From: Candidatus Woesearchaeota archaeon
Lineage (GTDB): Archaea > Nanobdellota > Nanobdellia > Pacearchaeales > GW2011-AR1
Length of the DNA: 49,184 nt
Reading direction: 5' to 3'
NCBI GenBank assembly: GCA_964530945.1
Contig: CAZHCJ010000004.1
Coordinates: 1 to 49,184 of the forward strand
Program-made: the position numbers and the translations under genes
Notes under the pieces: model-generated
The model's input: only the letters and a program-made list of their open reading frames with translations
What the model was told of the DNA's origin: nothing
Databases searched by the model: none
Part shown: piece by piece, positions 8,065 to 16,224 of the stretch
How positions within the stretch are numbered: position 1 is the stretch's first letter
Layout: each line of letters opens with the position of its first letter

Positions 8065-10929
8065 CTAAATCTCCAAACTAATTATCTTGCTTATGCCGTC
8101 GTGCATGCTAACTCCATAAAGGCTCGTGGCGTTGCTTATAACCTCGTCATTGTGCGTTATAACAATATACTGGCCCTTTTTCATGTACTTTGTTAAAAGT
8201 CCTGCAAGCCTTTGAGAGTTTCGTTTGTCAAGTGCAGCATCCACCTCATCGAGAAGATAAAAGTAATACGGATTGTATTCTTGTATAGCAAAAATAAGTG
8301 CCAATGCCACAAGGGTTTGTTCCCCTCCAGACAATGATTTTACATCAAAGTATTTTCCATGCCCGGTTTTGACTATTATGTTTAAGCCAGCAGAAAAAGG
8401 GTCTTTTCTGTTTTCTAATTCAAGATAAACCTGTCCTTTACTACTTAACTGAGCAAAATTGCGGGTAAATATCTCATTAACTTTTTCCATTGTTTCCATA
8501 AACGCCTTCTTTTTCTTTTTATCAATCTCTTCAATAACTTTCATTATATTCTCTTTTTCTTTTTCTATAGTTTCTGCTTTTAGCTTAATGCTGTCATATT
8601 CCCTCTTAACGCTGTCATAAACCTCAAGGCTACGAAGATTCACGTTGCCTATGCCATCTAGTATTTGTTGGGCTTTTGCTAAACGACGCTCTAATTTTTC
8701 TTTTTTGGTTTTGATTACATTTATATTTGGAAACTCTAGTAATTCGGTTTTAAGGTTTTCAATACTTGCATCCACTCCTGCTTTACTTATCTTTAAATCA
8801 TTAATTTTTTGCTCTATGTTTCTAAACGCATTCTCTTGATTTGAGACTTCAATTTCATTATCTCTAATGTTAGATTGAAGTTTTTCTCTTTCGGCAATCA
8901 AAGATTTATAACGTTCATTGAGTTCTTTTTCTTTTTCTTTCTTTTCAGACAAAATCTTTTCTTTATTTTGGATGGAATCTTCTAAACTCTTCAAAGTTTC
9001 ACCAAGCTCTGAAGCATTTCTTTTCAAATCTTTCAAAGTTACCTTTAGGCGTTCAACTTGACGTTCTTTAAAACTAATTTCTGAGCTGACACTTTCTTTT
9101 GTTCTTAAAGAAACTTCTTCAATTTCTATCTTTAAATTCTCATAGCGTTTTTCGACGTTTGCAATTTCGCTCACGCGTTCAGAAAGTTGTTTTTTTCTAT
9201 TCCTTAGTTTTTCTATTTCTTCCCTTAATTTCTCTATCTTCTCTTGAGTGTTCTTTATCTGATTTTTTTTATCCTCTACCTTGCCCAATTTTCCTAAATC
9301 GGATTCTGTTTTTTGAATTTCATCATTTAATTGTTCTATATCTCTTTCTAAAATTTCTTTTTTCTGATAAATATTTTTTAGTTGATTATCAGAATCTTTG
9401 ATTTTCTTTTCCAAAGACTCGATTTTTGGATATATATCTCCATGAATCTCATCCATGTGCTCAGGAGTTATCTTGCTCTTACAAACAGGGCAAATGTCAA
9501 GCTTTGAAATTTTATCGATAATCTTCTTTTGACTATCTATCTCTGCCTCGTTTAATGTTGTTTGGCGTTCCGTTTTTGCTTGCTTGGATAAAAGCGTTTT
9601 CAAATTTTCACGCTTTTCTGCCAGCGTTGCCCTGAGATTTTTAAGTTTCTCTTGATTTGAGCGTTTGTCATGAATCTCTATCGAAAGCTGTTCTATTTGC
9701 TTTAATAAGAAATCTGACTCCTTGTTATAATTTTGAAAGGTTTCGGTTTTGTCCTCAACTACGCTTTCTAACGACTTAAGCTCTGATTTCATCATATAAA
9801 GGCGTTTACGAGTATTCTCAAGCTTATCTAATTCTTTCTTCTTTTCATTAATCTCTTTGAGTTTCTTTTCGGAAACAGAGCCGCCTTTGCTTTTCTGTAA
9901 AGATTTAAGTTCTTCTTCTCCTTGTTCTATTGAAGTCTTAATTTCTTTTCTTTGGTTTTGAATATCTTGTATTTTGCTTTCTTGATTCTCTAGACGTACT
10001 CTCAATCCAGTAAGTTCTGCTCTCAGGTCTGCAATCTCTTGGTTTATTTTCTCTTGCTCTAAACCTGTTTCTTCTTGTATTTTGGAGTTGATATTAGAAA
10101 TTTTTTCTTGTGCGGATTTTATGTTAGATTGTGTGCTTGCAATATTCTTCTTTATTTTTTCTACTTCTTTATTATGTTTTTGGATGTCTTTATTTATGCC
10201 TTCAAGATTTTTTTCTTTTTGTCTTAAATCGGCGCTAATTATACTCGCTTTGAAAACTTTAATGTCTTTCTTCAATTTCTTATAACGCAATGCTTGCTTA
10301 CGTTCTTTTTCAAGATTATTCAGATAACTTGTTCTTTCCCTTAAAACGGAACTTATCTCTTTTAACCTATCATCTGTCTTCTCTAGCTCTCTGAGAGATT
10401 TCTTTTTCCTGGACTCGTAAATAGATATTCCAGAAACCTCTTCTATCACTTCTCGCCTTTCCTCAGGATGCTTTTGAACAAAATTTTGAATCTCGCCTTG
10501 CAAAACAATGTTAAAACCTTGAGGGTCTATTCCTGCCTGAGCCAAAAGTGCCAGGACTTCTTGGCGTGTTTTTGTTTTGCCATCTATCTTGTATGTACTT
10601 TGACCACTTTTCTTAACTATTCTTTTAACAGAAACTTCTTTCTTGTCTGTGGAAAAAACATTTTCTGAATTATCTAAAATGAGTTCTACTGAAGCTTGTT
10701 TAGCGGGCCCTGCTTCTTTGCTTCCCATAAAGATTAAATTTTTTGCTTTTGCCGCCCTAAGTGATTTTATGCTTAAGCGTCCTAAGACAAAACATATTGC
10801 ATCGCTGATGTTGCTCTTGCCAGAGCCATTCGGCCCAAGAATTACGTTTATTCCTTGAGTAAAGGGCACCTCTGTTTTGCGCGGAAAGCTTTTGAACCCG
10901 TGCATCACCAATTTTTTTATGTATGTCAA
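8065..10929 (-). CDS. smc: SMC-family chromosome segregation ATPase with central CxxC motif
   Basis: GFKSF, GPNGSGKSN, LSGGE..LVALALIFAIQ, LDEVDAALD; long coiled coils; CPVC at aa 480-483; TTG start. Confidence 0.88.
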   Translation of the reverse strand: MTYIKKLVMHGFKSFPRKTEVPFTQGINVILGPNGSGKSNISDAICFVLGRLSIKSLRAAKAKNLIFMGSKEAGPAKQASVELILDNSENVFSTDKKEVSVKRIVKKSGQSTYKIDGKTKTRQEVLALLAQAGIDPQGFNIVLQGEIQNFVQKHPEERREVIEEVSGISIYESRKKKSLRELEKTDDRLKEISSVLRERTSYLNNLEKERKQALRYKKLKKDIKVFKASIISADLRQKEKNLEGINKDIQKHNKEVEKIKKNIASTQSNIKSAQEKISNINSKIQEETGLEQEKINQEIADLRAELTGLRVRLENQESKIQDIQNQRKEIKTSIEQGEEELKSLQKSKGGSVSEKKLKEINEKKKELDKLENTRKRLYMMKSELKSLESVVEDKTETFQNYNKESDFLLKQIEQLSIEIHDKRSNQEKLKNLRATLAEKRENLKTLLSKQAKTERQTTLNEAEIDSQKKIIDKISKLDICPVCKSKITPEHMDEIHGDIYPKIESLEKKIKDSDNQLKNIYQKKEILERDIEQLNDEIQKTESDLGKLGKVEDKKNQIKNTQEKIEKLREEIEKLRNRKKQLSERVSEIANVEKRYENLKIEIEEVSLRTKESVSSEISFKERQVERLKVTLKDLKRNASELGETLKSLEDSIQNKEKILSEKKEKEKELNERYKSLIAEREKLQSNIRDNEIEVSNQENAFRNIEQKINDLKISKAGVDASIENLKTELLEFPNINVIKTKKEKLERRLAKAQQILDGIGNVNLRSLEVYDSVKREYDSIKLKAETIEKEKENIMKVIEEIDKKKKKAFMETMEKVNEIFTRNFAQLSSKGQVYLELENRKDPFSAGLNIIVKTGHGKYFDVKSLSGGEQTLVALALIFAIQEYNPYYFYLLDEVDAALDKRNSQRLAGLLTKYMKKGQYIVITHNDEVISNATSLYGVSMHDGISKIISLEI

Positions 10930-11100
10930 TTTATTTCCTTTTTATTTAATCGTCATGCTCGAAAATTTCTTGTTTTCGTTGTATGTCAATTTATTTCCTT
11001 TTTATTTAATCGTCATGCTCGAAAATTTCTTGTTTTCGTTGTATGTCATTTTTTCTGGAAAATTCATGCTCGAAAATTTCTTGTTTTCGTTGTATGTCAT
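10920..11100 (-). repeat. Tandem repeat array upstream of smc (units 60, 60, 51 bp; 36-bp identical core x3)
   Basis: TCATGCTCGAAAATTTCTTGTTTTCGTTGTATGTCA at 10953-10988, 11013-11048 and 11064-11099. Confidence 0.95.
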
Positions 11101-11208
11101 TTTGATCCTATTTTTTAATGAAAAATGACTTGCTTAAAAATCTTTGATTTTTATTAGGTGTCATCTTTATACAGAATTAGAGGATAATTAGTTTTTTAAA
11201 ATTGTTTA

Positions 11209-11415
11209 TTAGAAATTTGGACCTTCATAAACAAATTTCTCGCTTTCTAAACGAGATGTTAAGGTGTGATTGGGAGGAATTTCATATCCTTCAGGAGCGT
11301 CTGTCAAAAATGCATTATCATCAATTTCTGAAAGTCTTTCTGAAAGACCCATCAATCTTAGGCCCTTATCTAATATTTGTGCCGAATTCATTTCAATATA
11401 TTCAAAAACATCCAT
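11209..11415 (-). CDS. Hypothetical protein
   Basis: 68-aa ATG ORF. Confidence 0.5.
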   Translation of the reverse strand: MDVFEYIEMNSAQILDKGLRLMGLSERLSEIDDNAFLTDAPEGYEIPPNHTLTSRLESEKFVYEGPNF

Positions 11416-11441
11416 GACTTCTTAAATTGTATAAAAGTTAT

Positions 11442-11783
11442 TTAATTATCTGTTTCACAAGGTTCAACGCTTTTTATTCTATCTGGGCCCATAAAATCAA
11501 CAAAATAATCTTTCAATCCTAAATTATATCTCTTTCCGATTTCTAAATCACTAACAAATTTCTGGTCTCCAGCATAAAAATGTGCAGGAACTCTATTTTC
11601 CCTTGCTCTTGTTTCAAAATTTTGTTCATCGAAAACAAATAAAGGGCTTGAGGTCCAGTTATGATACCCTTGATAAAGCAGACACTTTTCTTCGTGATTT
11701 GTACCAATGTGGGCCAATCCTAACGAAGCTCCTGCCAACGCCAAAAATACTAAACTTCCTTCAGCAATGTTCTTTAATCCCAT
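11442..11783 (-). CDS. Hypothetical protein with N-terminal membrane anchor
   Basis: 113 aa; hydrophobic N-terminus. Confidence 0.6.
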   Translation of the reverse strand: MGLKNIAEGSLVFLALAGASLGLAHIGTNHEEKCLLYQGYHNWTSSPLFVFDEQNFETRARENRVPAHFYAGDQKFVSDLEIGKRYNLGLKDYFVDFMGPDRIKSVEPCETDN

Positions 11784-11898
11784 ATTTTAATAAATGAAGC
11801 TTTATTTAAAAGTCTTTTCATTTTTGTAATCTTAAAGGAGTTACATACACTGCCCATAAGAGACCATATTTGTTTAGGCAATGTATTCAAAGACATCC

Positions 11899-12639
11899 TT
11901 AAAAATCTAGCTTCTTTTGATTAGCTTTGCTTTGAGAATTCTTCCATGTACTCCAGGTTTTTCTAAATATTCCCGAATCTTTGTGTTTTTCTCCATGTTT
12001 TTTTAAGAATTCTTTTGTTACGGGGTCACTAGGATATCCAGAGCCAATATCTCCGTGTTTTTTCTTGATTTTGTCTACTTCTTTTTCTCTAGCTGATTTT
12101 GCAAGTATAGATGCCGCCGCAACCGCTATGTGGTTTTTATCTGCCTTGTGTTCGCACGAAAGCTCAAGATTGTCCAAACGATTCATCTGCGTTCTTAAGT
12201 AATCTGACCACTTGACTATACTAGGAGAAGGACAGTCAACAATAACGCGAATGTTGCGGGTTCCTACTTTTTTATTCAAATTATCTATGATTCTTGCGCA
12301 CGCGATTGCTTCCAACTCATTAAGTTTTAGGCCTTTTTTATTACTTTTATCTATCTCTTCAGGAAAAATGAGGACAACGTCGTAAGCCTTTGCTTTTTTG
12401 CGAATTATTTCCGCCAAGAACTCTCTTCTTTTCGGAGTGAGTTGCTTACTGTCCCTCACTCCTAACTCTCGCAATTCACTTTCCAAAGACTTCTCTATTA
12501 AGACTCCTGCAATTGCCATTGGGCCAATCAACGGACCTTAAGGCGAGCAATAGTGTAATACCCTTAACTCTCTACCTGCGTCGTCGACGCCCAATATTAA
12601 ATCGCTAGGACCTTTTTCTCCGCAGTTAACTTTATCCAT
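11899..12639 (-). CDS. rnhB: Ribonuclease HII, two exons (12639-12572, 12538-11899); 235 aa after splicing
   Basis: Removing 12539-12571 restores ILGVDDAGRGPLIGPM; also RDSK.L, HKAD, VAAASILAK, GSGYPSDP; exact start codon uncertain. Confidence 0.93.
12539..12571 (-). other. 33-nt bulge-helix-bulge intron in rnhB
   Basis: Central helix AGGU/GCCU, 3-nt bulges AG|A and UA|A, intron stem GAGU/GCUC; unspliced frame hits TAA. Confidence 0.88.
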
Positions 12640-13631
12640 TTTCCATTACTTTCCCTCCTTGTTAAATTTAATTTTTCGAGTTCCCTTAGTCTTCCAAAGG
12701 AAGACTTCCAATCAACACCAAATTTTTCCGCAAATTCAGATGTCTTTCTTGCTCTATTTAAAAACAAGAGATAATCCTTTTTAAGTTTTGATATGATTAT
12801 CAAATATTTATCATTAGTCCAATAATCTACACTTCCTACCCTAAAGTTTTTTATTTTGTTCTCTTTTTTTAATTGGATTAAAACATCTCTAACTCTTGCC
12901 GGAGACCTATTGATTAATTTGCTTATTTCCTTTGTGCTCAAGGGGTTTTTTAGTAATTTATAAATCTCTCTTTTAAGATAACCTTTCCCATAATGTTCTT
13001 CTTTAAAATTACCATATACTCTCCAAAACTTTTTCTTCTTATCTGGATGCAAATCATCTAAATTATTCTTAGCAAAGATATCCCAATTCCATTTTCCATA
13101 AATGACATAGTTTCTATTCTTTTCTCTGAAAGAAAATTCGAGTCCCAAGTTTTCCATTAAGATTTCAATAAATCCTTTCCTTTTCCCCTGCGAAATTCTC
13201 AGTTTTCTTGTGTTATGGCTCCCCTCATAAATGTTTCCCTCTCCTGAAAAAAATCCTCTTAAAATATATTTGTGTACTTCTTTGTTATCCAAATTTTCTT
13301 TTACTATCCCCTTCCATTCTTTCAACATCTTCACAGATGCTATTCTATGGATAAAATAAGGTCTTGTAGCTCTTTTGTGAATATATTCTTTTACAATTAC
13401 TTCTTTATAAGGGATTTCTACCTTTTCCTTATCTTTTGAGTAAATATATATTCTTATTTTATAGTTTTGATTAGGAAATACCTTCTTGATCGTTCTGTGA
13501 AATAAATCTACCAATTCCCAACAACTATTTGTAAATGTTATCTCTGACTTAGATTTTATTCCTCCTTCAGCTAGCCATAATCCTATACATTCCGCAACAT
13601 TCTTATCTAGGACGGATAAGTTGTCACCCAT
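12597..13631 (-). CDS. Free-standing LAGLIDADG endonuclease-like protein with C-terminal HTH domains
   Basis: Two LAGLIDADG-like helices (CIGLWLAEGG, ILRGFFSGEG); wHTH-like C-terminal segments; no intein splice motifs seen. Confidence 0.8.
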   Translation of the reverse strand: MGDNLSVLDKNVAECIGLWLAEGGIKSKSEITFTNSCWELVDLFHRTIKKVFPNQNYKIRIYIYSKDKEKVEIPYKEVIVKEYIHKRATRPYFIHRIASVKMLKEWKGIVKENLDNKEVHKYILRGFFSGEGNIYEGSHNTRKLRISQGKRKGFIEILMENLGLEFSFREKNRNYVIYGKWNWDIFAKNNLDDLHPDKKKKFWRVYGNFKEEHYGKGYLKREIYKLLKNPLSTKEISKLINRSPARVRDVLIQLKKENKIKNFRVGSVDYWTNDKYLIIISKLKKDYLLFLNRARKTSEFAEKFGVDWKSSFGRLRELEKLNLTRRESNGKWIKLTAEKKVLAI

Positions 13632-13762
13632 ATAAAAAACAATAATTCAAATTATTTAAGGGATTATGTTCATTTCAAAGTTAATCTCCAAAAGAAACTT
13701 TTATAAGTAAAATTACTCATCTTTTATTGGCCTAGTTATGGAAAGGCTCTAGTAAACACAAT

Positions 13763-13837
13763 AGCGGGATGGGGCAGTCTGGAGTGCCCGCGAGGCCCAT
13801 AACCTCGAGGTCGGAGGTTCAAATCCTTCTCCCGCTA
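13763..13837 (+). tRNA. tRNA-Met(CAT), probably initiator
   Basis: Cloverleaf AGCGGGA/TCCCGCT with A1-U72; anticodon CAT at 13798-13800; T-loop TTCAAAT. Confidence 0.93.
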
Positions 13838-13885
13838 TTCTCCTAACAAAAAACCTTAAAAGCTCAAATACTTCTATATGAGTAT

Positions 13886-14033
13886 GCCACGGTCGCATAA
13901 TGGTATTGCACCGGATTGCTAATGCCCAACTTTTGAAAAGTTCGGCGCTCAAACTAATGATATAGATTCCGAGCATAAAAAAGCAAACATCCGGACCCTT
14001 CGGGGTGCGCAGGTTCGATTCCTGCCCGTGGCG
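13886..14033 (+). tRNA. tRNA-Ser(GCT) with a 67-nt intron at 37/38 (13922-13988)
   Basis: GCCACGG/CCGTGGC acceptor stem, CCGGA/TCCGG anticodon stem, long variable arm; TTGC/GCAA central helix with AC|A bulge. Confidence 0.92.
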
Positions 14034-14042
14034 TTTTTTAAA

Positions 14043-14594
14043 ATGGGAATACAAAAAAGGAAAATCTTTATAATTGCTTTATTTGTTTTGGTTTTTGCAA
14101 TATTAATAGGAGTAAACAATATGGTTCAGGCAAATGAGAAAAAAGTGAAAATTGAAACAAATCTTGGTGATTTTACAATTGAGTTATACGAAGAGATGCC
14201 GATTACAGCAGGAAACTTCAAGAAACTAGTGGAAGAAGGTTTTTACGATGGGCTTATTTTTCATAGAATCATTGATGGTTTTATGATTCAAGGGGGTGAC
14301 CCCACGGGAACAGGTGCAGGAGGCCCGGGATACACAATAAAAGACGAGTTCACAAAAACAGAATTAGACCAAAATAATAAAGGCACAATATCTATGGCAA
14401 ATGCGGGACCTAACACTGGAGGAAGTCAATTTTTTATAAATCTAGCAAACAATAATTATCTTGATGGAAAACATCCTGTTTTTGGCCGCGTTATTGAAGG
14501 AATGGATACTGTTGAATCAATAGGAAAAGTTCAAACAGATTCTCAAGATAGGCCTATAGAAAAAGTTGTCATAAGGAAGGCATATCTCTTGTAA
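14043..14594 (+). CDS. Cyclophilin-type peptidyl-prolyl isomerase
   Basis: [44 protein letters not shown]; N-terminal hydrophobic segment if it starts at 14043. Confidence 0.95.
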   Translation: MGIQKRKIFIIALFVLVFAILIGVNNMVQANEKKVKIETNLGDFTIELYEEMPITAGNFKKLVEEGFYDGLIFHRIIDGFMIQGGDPTGTGAGGPGYTIKDEFTKTELDQNNKGTISMANAGPNTGGSQFFINLANNNYLDGKHPVFGRVIEGMDTVESIGKVQTDSQDRPIEKVVIRKAYLL

Positions 14595-14603
14595 AAAACA
14601 AAA

Positions 14604-15161
14604 ATGTCAATCTACCAACCAAGCGATGATTCTTATCTTCTCTCAGAGGTTTTAAAAGAAGAGTTGCCAAATTTGGTTGAGGAAAATCCTAACTTGAAAG
14701 TTTTAGAAGTAGGAATTGGCTCTGGTTTCCAACTTGAAACACTTTTTTCCTTAGGAATTAAGAAAGAAAATCTTTTTGGTTGTGATATAAATCCTAAAGC
14801 TGTGGAGCATTGCAAAAAACTCGGTTTTCAATGCATTAAATCTAATTTGTTTGAGAATGTTGAAGGCAATTACGACATTATTATTTTCAATCCTCCTTAC
14901 TTGCCTCTTGACAAACGCGAGCCAAAAGATTCTAAAACAGCCACGACTGGAGGAAAGAAAGGCAACGAAATAATTGTTCGTTTTTTGGGAGAAGCGAAAA
15001 AACATCTAAATGAAGATGGTAAAATATATATTGTCACAAGTTCATTTACAGATTCAATTGACTTTGAGAATTTAGGTTATAATTCTAAAAAAGTTAATTC
15101 CGAAAAATTATTCTTTGAGGAAGTGTTTGTTTGGAAACTTGCATTAGATAAACCACAATAA
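14604..15161 (+). CDS. HemK2/PrmC-family N5-glutamine methyltransferase
   Basis: IYQPSDDSYLL, LEVGIGSG, FNPPY, GG..G.E. Confidence 0.9.
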   Translation: MSIYQPSDDSYLLSEVLKEELPNLVEENPNLKVLEVGIGSGFQLETLFSLGIKKENLFGCDINPKAVEHCKKLGFQCIKSNLFENVEGNYDIIIFNPPYLPLDKREPKDSKTATTGGKKGNEIIVRFLGEAKKHLNEDGKIYIVTSSFTDSIDFENLGYNSKKVNSEKLFFEEVFVWKLALDKPQ

Positions 15162-15249
15162 TGTTTAAATAATTGTTTTTTGTTTTTGGGTTATAGGTGG
15201 AAGATTAAGCAGACATTACGGTCCTAGCAGAGATGAAGAAACAAGGGCG

Positions 15250-15474
15250 ATGTTATTAGGAGAACAACATTTATGGGCCCAAGATCAAAGAACACGTGCT
15301 CGTAATCGTGAAATAGAAAGAAGCCATGATGTTGTTGCGGAAATCTATTTTGACGCACGCACAGGAAAAGTCAGAACTATGTCTCCCGAGGAAGGAAAAG
15401 TGTATGTAACAGGATTAGCCATGGGTTCTTTAGGCCTATTTCCACATTATGACGAGGAGATATTAAATGAGTAA
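15250..15474 (+). CDS. Hypothetical protein
   Basis: 74-aa ORF coupled to the next ORF; start uncertain. Confidence 0.45.
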   Translation: MLLGEQHLWAQDQRTRARNREIERSHDVVAEIYFDARTGKVRTMSPEEGKVYVTGLAMGSLGLFPHYDEEILNE

Positions 15475-15682
15475 GATATCTAGAGCAAATCGGCAGTTTG
15501 AGGCATTTTTGGGAATCGACTTAAATGCTCCAAGAGAAGATACAATTCGTAGCTATGATGAACTTTCTAGAATTCGTCATGAACCTTCTGGAGAAATAAG
15601 ACCGGAAACAGGAGAACCAGTTTGTCGCTGGAAATACAATCCCAAAACTAGAGAGATAGAGTATTTCCCTTTAGAAGAATAG
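15467..15682 (+). CDS. Hypothetical protein
   Basis: 71-aa ORF with upstream GAGGAG. Confidence 0.55.
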   Translation: MSKISRANRQFEAFLGIDLNAPREDTIRSYDELSRIRHEPSGEIRPETGEPVCRWKYNPKTREIEYFPLEE

Positions 15683-15723
15683 TTATCCAAAAGAATTATA
15701 AAACAAATATTTCTTAAAATTTA

Positions 15724-16224
15724 ATGAGCTATAAATCAAAATTTAGAAGAGCTTTAAGAGAATATCGACCTAGTGTGGAAAAACTGACGCAAACTAAATT
15801 AGGAAATATAGTTATCATCCCAAGACTCATTCCAGGATATGAATCCCATAGATCGAGAAAAGAAGGGATAACTTTTGCAGAAATTTCTTGGGAAGAAGAA
15901 CCAGAGATTTTTTTGAACTCTTCGCGACTTTTAGATTTTATTCCTTATTCAACGGTTTCGAAAATAGCGATTCACGAAATGGCACATTTAGCACACCGTC
16001 AAATAAGAGGGATGGATTTTGTTTTTGGAGATAGAACTTACCATGAGTGTGTTGCGGATTATGTTGTCTGTAAATTAACCAAACCCGACGATTTTGCTAC
16101 AAAATTTCTATTCGGGGATATATTGAATAAAAATTCTTCGGTTGTAGAAATGGTCCTTAGAGAAGAAAATCTTAGTTTAAGGGAATATATGGAAAATGGA
16201 GGGCCCTTGATTAAGCTCAATTAA
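15724..16224 (+). CDS. HExxH zincin-like hypothetical protein
   Basis: AIHEMAH followed by E..AD. Confidence 0.6.
   Translation: MSYKSKFRRALREYRPSVEKLTQTKLGNIVIIPRLIPGYESHRSRKEGITFAEISWEEEPEIFLNSSRLLDFIPYSTVSKIAIHEMAHLAHRQIRGMDFVFGDRTYHECVADYVVCKLTKPDDFATKFLFGDILNKNSSVVEMVLREENLSLREYMENGGPLIKLN

Noticed and set aside
10953-11099. CRISPR array (36-bp palindromic repeat x3)
   Set aside because: Spacers are only 24 and 15 bp, the 24-mer is itself repeated, and no cas genes are present; better explained as tandem copies of the dispersed hairpin element.
10920-11100. smc leader units as BHB introns
   Set aside because: No 4-bp helix flanked by 3-nt bulges could be fitted.
10855-11128. Plus-strand repetitive ORFs of 87 and 83 aa
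   Set aside because: By-products of the tandem repeat, antisense to the smc start.
11899-12639. rnhB as a pseudogene, or starting at TTG 12531
   Set aside because: Both exons are intact and BHB-predicted excision restores the catalytic motif; a start at 12531 would lack the essential acidic residues.
13749-14054. 101-aa minus-strand ORF
   Set aside because: Antisense to two tRNA genes.
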